From the NCBI GenBank assembly GCA_964035545.1, contig OZ037767.1:19422628-19486627 (forward strand): DNA of 64,000 nucleotides. Direction: 5' to 3'. Of the stretch, positions 1-13,113 are shown piece after piece; position 1 is the stretch's first letter, and every line of letters begins with the position of its first letter. The DNA is from Bugula neritina. Lineage: Eukaryota > Animalia > Bryozoa. Below the pieces are notes generated by a model. It saw only the letters and a list, made by a program, of their open reading frames with translations. It was not told where the DNA came from and did no database searches. Position numbers and translations under genes: made by a program.

Positions 1-1656
1 ATTGAGAAAGGCTTACAGTATAATTATAAACATGAATACCTATGTATATCTACAAGGAGTTATCATTCCCATTGATTGTTATTTTGAAATCGACTGATTA
101 AGTTATCACAAATTAAAAAAATTGATTAGTGGCCTTTACAATGCAATGCAACTCAATTAAATTTTAACTCGGCCAAATTGAATCTCTGACTGAAAATCTC
201 GCAGGTTTAAACACACTAAAACTGCACCAGAACACTTTAGTCACAGTTGGGATAATTGCCAAAATCTTCACATAACTTACTCCCATAACTTACTTAACCA
301 ATGGCCATTACATATCTGACCTTGCATGTGTCAGTTTTTCACGGTTTGTGATTAAACAGAAACCCAACCCTGATCTGAGCTGATGCAGGTTTATCTGTAA
401 CTGACTCATTTTATATCGCCTCATTTCAACATTTTAGCCAATAAAATACGCAGAATGCTGTTCTGTAACTTACAGCTGCATGACCTCGTAACGTTTAAAA
501 TGCATAGTCAGTAGTTAGAAATATTTTTTGTAATATGCTAATGTTTATATCATGTACTCAGTTTGGCAAATGAGCTGTATTATTATATGCTCCCTAAAGT
601 AAATATTTACTTTATGAAGCAGACTCAAAACATAATTTTTTTTTATATGTAACCTAAACTCTTGCCATTAGTTTTAGCATGATAACAGGTTTTATAAAAC
701 ACTATGCTTGTCTTAAATCTGTACGTCATAATAGTTAATAGAAGCCTAAGCTAAAAACTAACATTATTTATTATAAAAATATTATTACTGTTTATAGCAA
801 TAGTAGGTGTTGGCAATGGCACATTTTGAATTTCCTATGAAATGATAATATGACCAACTTGTCATAATACTGTTCACTGAATCGCAGACAGAGTTACTTT
901 TGTTATAGCCATCTATCTGTGGCATACCACTGCTGGGTCTCCTATTAGCATTGCCCATGGAACCCAACATGGGTACAGCAATTGTTTTAAGGGTTATCTC
1001 CTCACAGAACTGAGCACTATGGCACAAAGCATAGAAATGCTCCTGTCAAAGCATAGCATTTAAAAGAGGAATAAATTAAGACCAGGATAATCCAACATAT
1101 GGTTAGTAAGTCACTGTGCTGCAATAATAGGTTGGGATTATCCTGGTTTACAATTTTAATTAGGTATTGGATGTTCTAGGATTATACCAATGCCTATCTA
1201 CATGTATTTCTGATTATACCTAAACATAGACAAGATTACAGCTAACAGATTTATAGTTAATAACTAATCATTTCTCTTTAACATTTCCTTATGACATCAA
1301 TCTCTTTACACACCTTAATGCACTCACTGTATCTACTAGTGTGTATGCAAAGCTGGCTAGTTCACAGTGTGTGTAATATTAGATCATATTTACATCACAT
1401 AAGTATTTCGCAATCCACAGTTCTTAATAAAATGATGCATTTATGCTACTATATGTATCAACTTATAGCCTATGAATAGTTAGAATATTTGTATACGGGC
1501 TGAATTTGTGTAATCAATAATGATTGGGTACATTAAAAATTTCAATCTAGTTAGCCTAATTTGGCAGATGCTGCAGTTTATGAAGGGCATGGGAAGTTAA
1601 TTACAACTATTACATTAGCCCAATATGCAGTTATCATACTTGATGTCTACAGTAAT

Positions 1657-1752
<96 letters not shown>

Positions 1753-2393
1753 TATATTGTGTGCATATATATATCGTATATCTGTGTGTGTGCGTGCGTG
1801 TGTGTGTGTGCTTGAGTCTTTTAGGGTTTCGTATGAAGTTTATCGCGTGGTGTGTGTAGATACATACTAAAGCATATATACGCTGCTTTACGCTGCTTAC
1901 CTGCATTGATTGCTAATTTTGTAGTCGTTGGAAAATTTTAAAACTAAACCATAACCTGTAATGATTTATTTTATTGATACAAGTACTCCTTCTAATGCTA
2001 CATAATAAATAAATAATGGGACTGAATAAAGAAAATAAGCTGAAAGGCTGTTAAAAATGCTGAATAATTTATTTTCCAACTAAAATCTTCCATTGAATTC
2101 TGTTGCGGAAAAACCAGTGTGATGGGAAATTCCTAGTATGAACAATGCTGATGGTGAGCTCTCTATGGAATATACACAGGGACAGTTGGGTTTCCCTTAA
2201 TCCTAGAGTTATTAAACTGGGTGATGATTGGCCACAATCTATTGAATCACTTACAGTAGTCTATAATTATTAAAACATATGAAGTAAAAGGAAGAAAGTT
2301 GCGAAAAATTATTAATTGAACTTTTTGAATACTGAGACTAATAATAGCTCAAATTGTTGCATCGCATACTGTAATATTTCCTCGTAGCTAGAA

Positions 2394-2431
2394 TATATAA
2401 AGAAAATGCTGGTATTTGGTAGCCATTCAGT
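2394..2431 (+). promoter_or_regulatory. TATA box + Inr-like core promoter of precursor gene 1
   Basis: TATATAAA at 2394-2401, then CCATTCAGT about 30 nt downstream, about 60 nt before the ATG at 2490. Confidence 0.55.
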
Positions 2432-2489
2432 AACCTTCAGACACTTTGCAGTGACAACATATCAACTGTACATAGCAACAAGTAGTACC

Positions 2490-2591
2490 ATGCATATCCA
2501 GCTCTCGGCACTATTCTATTTATCTGTTGTCTGCATTGTGAATGCACAGCATGTAAGTAATTTAAAGCTCTTATAAGATATTATACGGTTG

Positions 2592-2679
<88 letters not shown>

Positions 2680-3748
2680 TTCAAATCATCATTATGTTGT
2701 ATTTAGGTTGGTAAGATAAAAATACTCTTCAATTAAGCTTGTAATGTTTTCACTATTTTACAGGATCCTGTGGTAGCCACCCTCCGTGTTCACATCAAGC
2801 ATATATTACCCCAGTTTCTCTCTGAAGTAAGTAAAAGTTTGCTTTAATTATGTGCATGCAGGCTCAAAATCAACTGCTAAATTGAAAACAACAAACTACC
2901 AATTTTGTTGAATAATGTTTCTGATTTGCTAAAATTATAAATCATTTACGTGCTTCAAGCCCTGTGAGCTCTTATTTTTGAATATAGGTTATTTATGCTG
3001 GTAGCTTAGAATGTATTTGGCATAAGTGTTACACTTACACACATAAACATGATACATGCACATATTATACTTACGTAAACAATTTTTTCCTCAGGTTCGA
3101 GATAATTCTGAAACTTTAGAAGTAGAAATAAGAGCAAGTGACTTTAAAGTCAAAGGCAACAACAGATTAGGACAGGGAAGAGTACCTGCTCCCTTGCCTA
3201 ACATGTCAACAACTGTGGGACCTCTAACTGGAGCAGGTGAATGTAGAATATTATTCCCTTCACTGCGTTCCCTTCACTTCAAATGAATCCGTGGATGCTT
3301 GTATCTATGGATCTGTGGTTGTAATTTGCATTAACTTATGCTTGAAGTTTCATTCAAGGCGACCTGTTCCCAAACATCAAATTGCAGGCAAGCAATGGAA
3401 CCACAGTGATAGTCTTAATTAAAGTAAAATAAGCCTTCGAATGACTGAAATTAATGTAACACACATAGATTGGGGCAATTAGTCTATTATAGGTTTTACA
3501 TGTGTGAACTTTGACTACCTGAAACTGTATACTAAATTCACACGCACACACGCACGCGCACGCGCACACACACCTGCACACGCACACACGCACACACTGA
3601 TATAGTTATTTATTGTTATCTATATTATCTATTTATAGCTCACTCTCATATTGGAGGAAACCCACCAGCTGGAAATCCTACTGTCACACATCCGAGTAGA
3701 GAAACTCTGCTGGAACTTTTAAAACGAATACTAGAGTCTCACTGGTGA
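2490..3748 (+). CDS. Secreted precursor gene 1 (divergent family member), ~125 aa, 4 coding exons
   Basis: Exons 2490-2552 (MHIQLSALFYLSVVCIVNAQH, signal peptide), 2764-2826 (DPVVATLRVHIKHILPQFLSE), 3095-3236 (VRDNSETLEVEIRASDFKVK...), 3639-3748 (AHSHIGGNPPAGNPTVTHPSRETLLELLKRILESHW*). All introns GT-AG, phases 0/0/1 as in the paralogues. Confidence 0.85.
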
Positions 3749-5182
3749 AAACGTTATCATTTCACCGTAATAATAATATATTAGGACTTTGATGTAAATA
3801 TCTATGCAATATTTGTATACTTACACTAAGAAATGTTCATAAATCATCCAAAATGTTTGTACATATAGTTGTAATCTTTGGTAACAAAACAAAAGAATGA
3901 ACTCTACTTATAAAATCAATAATAGAAAGTAGTGGGTCTCTTTGATACGTTAGCTATTTATTTATTTGTTATTTATTTATTTATTATATTGTTTGCAAAT
4001 TTTCAATATCAAACTGTATAACTTATGAACAGGTTTTAGTAAAATAATTGTAAACTTTTGATTTTATATGAGGCAACTTTTATTGATGGCAGATCCATTG
4101 TTTCTGCTATAGAACTGGTATTACTTTCACTGCCTCAAATCTCTTTGCTTATTTCATAAAGAAATGAACTCATATATATTATAGTTTACTGATGTCATCA
4201 TACAGCTTTATATGCTAGTGAAATCATTCACTTTACTAATAAATGCTTTAAAATATAACAACTTACTTTAAAAAATAACCTTTGTTCTAAGTAATGAATA
4301 GTGTGTATAATAAAGCTATAGGTGATGTGGAGGTGTAATACTTATAATAGTTTCACTAAGACTCCATGAAGTTACATTGAAGCAAAAAATAACGCTATAA
4401 TAAGCAATTTATTTTTTGCCTAAAGTTTTTGCTCAATTTTTTAAAAATACAAGATATCAGAAAAATCAAATGCAATAATAATAGTGAGTAATGACAATGT
4501 ACAAATTAAAGAATATTCTAAAATCATTTTTTATATAAAGAGCAATTGCTAAATTTAAAATAACTAAATGCATGAAATGCTGCAACGCAGTGACCAAAAG
4601 ACAATGATTTCAACACTAACTGCTTTCATGGTGCAATTATATTAAAAATTGTCTTTACAGTCAAAATAATACTGACCAAGAAAAAACTGATTTAAATATG
4701 TTGGTAACTACTTTTTAGTGGACTGAGGATCGAAGCGATTGGTAACTGTTTTTCGTGCTACAGCTATTAAATTTTGTGAAATTTGTTTTCTATACCCATT
4801 AAAAACATTTATTAGATACATGATCTGTGAAATCTAAAAATAAAAAAGGAAGTGAAATGCATGCTAAACTTTAGACAAAGATCTGGTGTTATTCTGTTTC
4901 AAATTCAACAGATTCAACTCTTTAAACTCACCATCTTATACATTAAAAGGGATCAGCTTTTGTGAAATGATTATAAGATGACGTAACCTAATGGGTGACA
5001 ATTGAAAGTTTGAACTTTGAACTTTTAAACCAGCCCAGTAATTAGACTGTGTGTTGCAGCACCTAAAGATAGCATGGAATGAAAGATAGAAATAATTAGT
5101 GTAAATTGTATAGTAGCAGTAAAGCAAAAGCCTACAAGAAATGTCATCCAAAATCAATTTAGCACATAAAAACTCACACAAG

Positions 5183-5376
5183 TTTTTATAGTGGCCATAC
5201 CTGTGAGAAAACTTTAATGGAAGGAGTTTTTGTTAGACCAGGTTTATTCAAATGGGGCGCACAGGAGCAATTATGACTGAATATGCTCTTCCTGAAATCA
5301 CCAATGGCCTTTGTCGGGCTCGAACCCATGACTTCCTGTTTACTAGGCAAATGCCATGACCCCTAGACTATGGCTG
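5183..5376 (-). mobile_element. tRNA-derived SINE-like repeat
   Basis: Minus strand starts CAGCCATAGTCTAGGGGTCA...GGGTTCGAGCCCGACAAAGGCC (A/B-box-like); body shared with the copies at 10.7, 13.0, 20.9, 33.5 and 63.1 kb. Confidence 0.75.
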
Positions 5377-7476
5377 TTCCCTAGTTCATCAATTCAGCAT
5401 GTGAGCACTTAAAATTCATTATAAAATAAAATTGTTTTAGCATCCAATCTTAAAATAGTATGTAGAGTATGTAGATATCTAAGTTAATATATATACGTAT
5501 ATATATATATATATACGTATATATATATATATATACGTATATATATATATATATATATATATGAACATTTTAATGCTACATAAGTGAAGTGTGTCAATAA
5601 TTCTTTAAGCAACAAGAATTTCCGTGTCTATTAAAGATGATTATCTCATAACTGCATCAATTAACTGCTTGTCTTGTGTCATCCTGGAGTACTATATATT
5701 TGCTGTGTCTGAAATAACTCTCTCTGTCGTCATTTGTCATCTTTTTAATCTGTAAAAGCAGCCAGTTATAATAAAGCATTATTTGAGTCAATCATATCAA
5801 GTGTATGGCTGCAATGTTTATGGAAGCCTAATGATGTATAAACATGCACTGCATAAGAAATATGAGCCATATTTTATCTTTGTAGATTGTGTAACTCCAA
5901 TTACCCAATTTCCTTGAGAGCTAGGGGGAAGGATGTAACTTAATGGTGTTATCAACTGTACTATTGGCTACTTCATTGCATGCCTGTTTACTAAACTATT
6001 GGCTCTGAGCCAATTTGGTGATTCAAATATTCGTTTATAGAAAGTTTGAAGTAATTGCATGGCAGATGCTACTATATACAGCATTAAGTTATTTATATAG
6101 ACCAAATGTTGTGATGATTGGTTAGTGGCATGGTACTGTACGTATTTAGTGTAGTAAAACTAGTTTATGTCTAGTATATCCTTACAGTCCTATTACATCA
6201 GCTCACACATACTCCATAGCATCCCAAATGAAAAGTCATATTTTTCTTCAAAAAATCTTTTTGACGGAAGTTATATGGGTAGATAGAATGGCATAGCTTG
6301 ATTATGCTATTAGTTAGAATAGTGACGCGGTTTCAGAAAATGTACATGCAGCTATAGAAACAAAATAGCCTATGTGTAGGTTATGTTGGCGGTTTTTGTA
6401 GAAATAATGTCAAAAATAATAATAAATTAAACTACCTATAACTAAGTTAATATTGTTTTGTTATGAGCTATATATGATATGTTTAGGAAACTAAGTGTTG
6501 CTCAAGATGTTGAATAATTAAAGATAGTTTCAAAATTTCAAAATGCAAATGGTTGCAATATTATAAAAGTTTATATATATAGATTATCAGCTAGTACCCC
6601 CTTCCCTCTCCTCCCCCCCCCCCTCCAGTTTGCATGTTTATAATGCTATCTGCCAGTTCAACAGCCCCAAGTCTTTTCTGCTTTGAATCCATTTGCTCTA
6701 TATTCACAATTGAGGGATAGAAGGTGTCATTTCGGCTCATTGAGTCTATAGAATATAAAACATTGTTTCACTTTTGACATTTTATTAGCATATTGATGAT
6801 TAATTTATTAAACTATCAGATAATGTACTTTGTAATGTATGTTCAGATATTTGGCAACTTTAAACTTTGATCATGACTGATACAATTAAATATAAAGGAA
6901 AATTTCCCCTTTAATCATGTTGAGGACATATTCAATGTATATCCACACATTTTATAGTGTCCATATGTTATATAAGCATAAAGTTTGTGTTTAAAATGTG
7001 TATTATTGTAAACGAGTGTTATAAATAAATTACCTTAAAATATTGTAATGGCGCAGAGGGTTGAGTAAGCTCTTCATAAACATTATGTAAAAATAATTGC
7101 CACGTAGACACTTATATGTCATAGTTAAAAGTATGTAATGCTTGCAATAAAACTGAAGGTTACACAAGTATTTGATGATTTTCATAGTTTAGTGAATAAT
7201 AAAATATACATTGTGGAGGTCCCATTTATTTAAAATAGCTGTAGTCTGTTATTACCCATATTATTGCGAATTCTATTTGCTTTTAAGTAGTTTGATTTTC
7301 TGGTGTGAAAGCATAATCATAACCTTCGTGTCACAACATGTTGTGCACAGCCAAATGTTGAAGCAATCACAAAATGTTGTAACGTAATGTTTGGATTCAC
7401 AGCAATAGAGCTCCTATTGAATTGCGCAACTGTCTGAAAGCTAATCGAATGAAAACACTATTTCCCTGTTGATCAG

Positions 7477-7511
7477 TATAAAAGTAGCTGGCATTAGGCT
7501 GTCAATCATTC
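7477..7511 (+). promoter_or_regulatory. TATA box + Inr of precursor gene 2
   Basis: TATAAAA at 7477-7483 and TCATTC with its A at 7508 (TATA at about -31). Confidence 0.6.
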
Positions 7512-7598
7512 TCAAAGATTCAGTCAGACGGATAGTAACTAGTCAACTAAAGACCGGAGCTCATTTCACTGGTTGTAGTAACTACAATAGCTAGTAGC

Positions 7599-8587
7599 AT
7601 GGAGATTAGAGGCCTGATATTGTTTGCTTTGTCAGCAATCTTCTATGTAGAAGCCACCTCGGTAAGTTTCAACAGGTAGATTATAGAAATATTCAAGCTT
7701 GTCACTATAACAATAAAAAGATTTTCATCTCTCAACTTGAATTTGAATAGTTTTTATTTCTTTTTCAGGATCCAGTAGTGGCTACCCTGAAGTTAGATAT
7801 AGAGAAGTTAACTCCTTTATTTCTCTCACAGGTTAGTTACAATACTCTTTGATGTTAGCTTAGGAAATCCTTTGGTTTAAAACTTTGAAAGTGCAAAAAG
7901 TTAAGATCTTGTTAAACATAGCAGCTCTCTTAAAATCAATGTGCCATAGAAGGCTGCTATCAAAACAAAATCATAAGTTGAGGAAAAGTTTTAATTTGCA
8001 GAGTTATATAATTACTTTTCAATATATAGCTTTTAGAGAACTCAACCACCTTAGAAGTGGAGATTCGAGTCAGTGACTTTCAATTAAAGAATAATGACAG
8101 CCAAGTTGCATCAACAACTAGTCCTTTGGTTGACCTCACGACACCGAAACCAGCAGCCGCAGCACCTGCAGGACCTCCAGCCCCTTCACCACGGCCACAG
8201 CCTCCACCAGCCGTGAGCAAATCTCTTATATCAGCACCAACAAATATAACCAACCAATGTGAGTATGCAGTGTATAGCTTTACATGCATCTGAGAAAATG
8301 TTAGATTTTTAATGATTTAACGCTGTTCTAATAAAGTAGCAAATAATCAAAAACTTGTTAAAATTTTAAGAAGTACTTAGATTTTCATATTTATAGCTTA
8401 CAATTTGACTTTTGCACAGATAGTGTGTACAAGTATTTATATTAAAATATAAGTGTTTTCGAAATCATTGCAATAGTTTACATATTTTCCTTTAGCAAAC
8501 TCATTTGTTGGAAATCCACCAATTGGAAGGCGAAGACGCAGTCTAAAGAGCAACAAGAAGTTAAAAAATTTCTTTGCCGGTAACTAG
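7599..8587 (+). CDS. Secreted precursor gene 2, ~148 aa, predicted ...SNSFVGNPPI-amide (G-RRRR)
   Basis: Exons 7599-7661 (MEIRGLILFALSAIFYVEATS), 7769-7831 (DPVVATLKLDIEKLTPLFLSQ), 8030-8258 (LLENSTTLEVEIRVSDFQLK...Pro/Ala-rich), 8496-8587 (SNSFVGNPPIGRRRRSLKSNKKLKNFFAGN*). Confidence 0.88.
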
Positions 8588-9986
8588 AGCTGCTGATGAA
8601 TGAACTGTGCCAATTAAATTAAAATGCTTTATAGAATAGTCTAGTCAAACAATCAAGTCGCAGTGAATATATTATAGTCTTATTTATTTCAATCAGCAAT
8701 ATAAACAATTCAGTGTAGTTTAGATTACTGGTGCACATATTTTGGCTTATCTATTGTTTTACTATGTAAACAAATATTTATTTATATAGTTTTCTAGTAC
8801 ATAGTTTCTTGCTATTTCTATGTTAGCCAAGCATTTTAAGCATACAATTTTATGTCTTAGTATGTGATTTATTTATTGACCGCAGATTTTGTGAATAAAG
8901 TATTACAATTACCACTAGAAATAACTTGTGAATAAATATACCAGCACAGCCCATGCATAAACACCGTATATTGTGCTCAAAGTTATATTATCTTTATTTG
9001 AAAAAAGCATTCTTTCGGTACATAATATATTATATAATTCCCTCCTTATTCATGATATGTGTGACTACTTTGTGACGCTAGTTTGAATAAGTTTATGCTT
9101 ATGAAGTGGCCTTGATCATTGCAGAGTTCAATAGGTCAATCTGTCTATAAAAGATGTAGTATGTGGCTATAATCTATTGCACCATTAGAAGTAAGCTGTT
9201 TATAATAAATGTGAACACACAAACTGCAACCACATGTAACTCAAAGAGCGAATAACATTCCATTTTTAAAAGGCAAGTATTGCAGGTTCTTTAAGCAGTG
9301 CTACAGTTCTAGTAGAACTTATTATCACAAAAGTTGTCTACTTTAAAGTGACCGGTTGTGTTTCAAAAACAAATACCAGATCAAAAACAGTTAATAAAAA
9401 GTCAATTAGCCAAGCATCTGACTTTCACTGCTTTTCCAAGCTTCTCATTATGTGAAAATGAAAAATCCATTTGATGTTTGGAAACAGCTGAACCGAATAA
9501 AACTCCAGCCATAAGTTCATGCAAACCGCAACCACAAATTCATTCATTTGAAGTAATAGATTTACAGTGTTTAGCAGTAGGCTATTTGTTTTGTATAAAG
9601 TGGTGTGCAGGTAAACAGTGGCTGTGTAAAGTGTTTCAAGTTACCTGCTCGATCTCTTCTCAGCATGTTAAAGGGCTGGATTAGTGGTTATGGGAGAAGT
9701 AAAACCTTTATTTGGATATGCAGGGAGCTTCTTTATTATAAAATTCTTTCACCAATGAAAATTACATTTATTTTTCTAGTCTTCTTCACACAGCTTATTT
9801 CTCATAAACTCATATAAAGCAAATTATTTCAACCCCCATAAACTGCCATGACACATTAACAAATCGTCCACACAGCTAAATAAAGTATTATTTAAATATC
9901 AGGGTATTCTATAATATAGTTTAAAATGCAAACATGTTTATTATTGTTCGTATATAATTATTTCTTATACGTGCATCTTTCTACCA

Positions 9987-10058
<72 letters not shown>

Positions 10059-10224
10059 CATATATAATAATGCAACATCTCTATATAACTATGTCATTAG
10101 AAAATGCATATCTATATTATTTACATCATTTCATTGCCATTGCCATTAAGTAGAATTGCTACATCATTTACAAAGTTCCAAGTTTAAAAGATATTGTCAG
10201 AAACACATTGTTCTTCTGCACTCA

Positions 10225-10580
10225 GGTATATGTGAGAGGTAGGTGAAAGGTAGGTGGGAGGTAGGTGAAAGGTAGGTGGGAGGTAGGTGGGAGGTAGGTG
10301 GGAGGTAGGTGGGAGGTAGGTGGGAGGTAGGTGGGAGGTAGGTGGGAGGTAGGTGGGAGGTAGGTGGGAGGTAGGTGGGAGGTAGGTGCGGGAGGTAGGT
10401 GGGAGGTAGGTGGGAGGTAGGTTGGAGGGAGGTGAGATGTAGGTGGGAGGTAGGTGAAAGGTAGGTGGGAGGGAGGTGAGAGGTAGGTGAGAGGTAGGTG
10501 AAAGGTAGGTGGGAGGGAGGTGAGATGTAGGTGAGAGGTAGGTGAAAGGTAGGTGGGAGGGAGGTGGGAGGTAGGTGAAA
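10225..10580. repeat. 11-bp G-rich minisatellite (GGGAGGTAGGT)n
   Basis: Directly visible tandem units with variants GAAAGGTAGGT and GAGAGGTAGGT; explains the spurious PPTYL/PPTSHL ORF. Confidence 0.95.
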
Positions 10581-10715
10581 GTTATCTTTTTATTACAAGC
10601 AATGTGAAAAGTTGCTAATTTAAGTAAAAACTCCATCTAACTAATATACTTGAAAACGCTAATTTCCTAAAAAGTATAGCATATGGGGCATATTATATCC
10701 TATAAAAACCCTGCA

Positions 10716-10900
10716 AGTTTATAGTCGCTATACCTTGATGGAATGGGTTTTTTAAAGCGAACTAAGGACTTATTCATATGAGGCACAGAAGCAATTATGA
10801 CTGGATGCTTTTCCTAACATCACCAATGACCTCTACTGAGGTTCAAACCCATGACCCTGTGTTTATTAAGTCAGGCTTTAACCTCAAGACCACGGCTGCT
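10716..10900 (-). mobile_element. tRNA-derived SINE-like repeat
   Basis: Same core as 5183-5376 (GCAATTATGACTGGATGCT...CACCAATG...CCCATGAC...CACGGCTGCT). Confidence 0.75.
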
Positions 10901-10912
10901 TTTAGCATATAC

Positions 10913-10990
<78 letters not shown>

Positions 10991-13009
10991 CACATAACAT
11001 ACATAAGCACCTGCTTATAAACATACTAACTAATAAGGTTAATGCTGGTAATTATTTACCAGCCTAAAACAACATAAAACTGACACACGATTATGATATC
11101 ATATTAGTTATATTTTAAACAATGAGGAAAGTATTTTGGAAAATTAAACTGCATTTCAACTTGATTGAGTCATCTTTTAGCTAGCATGGTAACAGAAGCA
11201 TATACAACATGGCACCAAGTAGTGTGATGAAAGACTTTCGCATAACTTGAATCTGTTCCAATTCAAACTAAATTATAAATACATGGTATTCCCCAGTATT
11301 CTAGTGCTTTAAATTATTACCCAATGTAATCCTCTCAACATGGTACTATATATGAAGCTAGTAATGAAACCTCCACCACACATTGCCTCAAGTTTAATTG
11401 CTTTCATATTTGCATTGAACTCCCAATCTTATACTTTTTTCTCAAGGAATAAATTTAATCACTGCATTCCATACTTTTGTGAGTAGATTTTTTATTTGAC
11501 GCAAGGATCAGTTGGAGTAAAATCACCATCATAACAGTTTATGCAAATTGTAACACAGATTCAATGCATGGGAACACAGTGAATGTATACTATACAATAC
11601 AGGGGTTGAAAGCGCAAGTTAAATGAGAATACAAGACACATGCCACTTCAAAAGAAACAGAATATTGTAAGGCAAGCAACCTGCATGCAAACACACAAAG
11701 TCAAAGTGCAGACAACTGATTAAGTTACCATGAAGTTCATGATGCTAGCTAGTTTCAAGCTATAACGGTATATCCATATAGACTTAGTAAATTTACTGGT
11801 TTATTCAACAATATGCAATAAAAACATTTGGCAAGTGTCTAGCTGCAATGATAAAGCTATTGGAATTATAATACTTTTAGCTACGAGAAAAATATTTTTG
11901 AAATCAGAAAATTGCAAACTTATCTACTTATTTTGTTGAAATATACTATAAGTTATCGTGCTAGGCAGTTATTCTAAGGCATTAACTCCAATATATTTCA
12001 CCCGTTTTACAATAGTTATGAATATGTCCACACAGCTGTAGATGTAGATGCAGTAGTGTGCACTCTCTCAGTCTAAATAATATGCAAAAGTCAAAGCAGA
12101 CTGGATGGTAAAATTAAGGCACAGTGCGCAACTTCAACCAATTTTATTCTATAGATTTTTACATTTGAGTCTCTGTGTTTCAATCTTCAGACTTTATATT
12201 CTTTATTTTTAAATTTTTGAAGAATCTTTTTGGGGGAACTGTGACTGCCCTACATTGCAGTACAAAGTGCAATATTGTGTTACTCTTAGTTGTTACTAAA
12301 CCCTAGTATGATATACAAATACACACAACTTCCTGATTGGCATTCTTCACACATAATAACTAAACTGCAAACTTTCTTGTGAAGTTATAAAAATACTGCT
12401 AAAAATAGAATTTCTATAACAAGTTGAACTTTGTCACAAAATGAAGGAAATAGTTCTCGCATTAAAGATTATCATTGCCATATCTCACATAACAAAGTTA
12501 TATGCAAACATTTCGTCTGGTTGTGTAAATCTGAACTGGTTTTATCAAGGAATGCAATATAATTAAACATAATTAATAATCATGATGCAACATATCCTGA
12601 TAATTCACACAAACTGTGAAATGATTGCTGGTTTATGATCCAATGTGTGTTGACACACTATATATAGGCTAAAAATAGACTCCCTGATTGTGATCAAAGG
12701 CAAACATTTCCTAATATTTCTCTCATTTGTCATTATATAAAAATTATTATTTAAACATTATTTTCTCCCAATATTTAATTAAAAAATCACTTAGTTTGAC
12801 AAGTTTTCTTTTACATTGCTTTGTTCAAATGCAAAGACTAAATAAGAAACTGTTTTTAATAGATAGTAATCGTATTTTTAAATGGTTTATGTAACTATTT
12901 TAGCAATGAAATTTTAGAGATGAAACACTGGTCACACTGCCTTAAAATTCTCAGAGTTAGATTGAGGTTAACAAATTATTAGTCTTATTTGAATGCCTAA
13001 AAACTCACT

Positions 13010-13113
13010 TAAGTTCATAGTCATTATCCATGTGAGAACCCCTGATGGAAAGGGTTTTTGTTAATCGGGTTAAGAACTTACTCAGATGTGACACAGGAGC
13101 AATTATATGACTG
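13010..13113 (-). mobile_element. Truncated SINE-like repeat
   Basis: Same position as the 20890-21060 copy in duplication copy B, but cut after ...ATATGACTGAA where copy A has a unique segment. Confidence 0.65.

Noticed and set aside
1561-1906. YIYIYI-type ORFs here and at 9.9, 10.8, 17.5-18.5, 21.3, 25.1-25.9, 39.3-39.9 and 57.1 kb
   Set aside because: They are translations of (TA)n/(CA)n microsatellites, which contain no stop codons.
2239-2247. CTATTGAAT motif upstream of genes 1 and 2 as a shared regulatory site
   Set aside because: Short AT-rich word expected by chance; not clearly present upstream of genes 3-5.
8496-8530. NSFVG resembles neurokinin A (...SFVGLM-amide); VGNAP resembles the calcitonin C-terminus
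   Set aside because: Lacks the tachykinin FxGLM/FxGxR-amide ending and the calcitonin N-terminal disulfide ring and Pro-amide; probably coincidental.
10184-10636. 150-aa Pro-rich ORF (PPTYL/PPTSHL)
   Set aside because: Translation of the 11-bp minisatellite; no splice or homology support.
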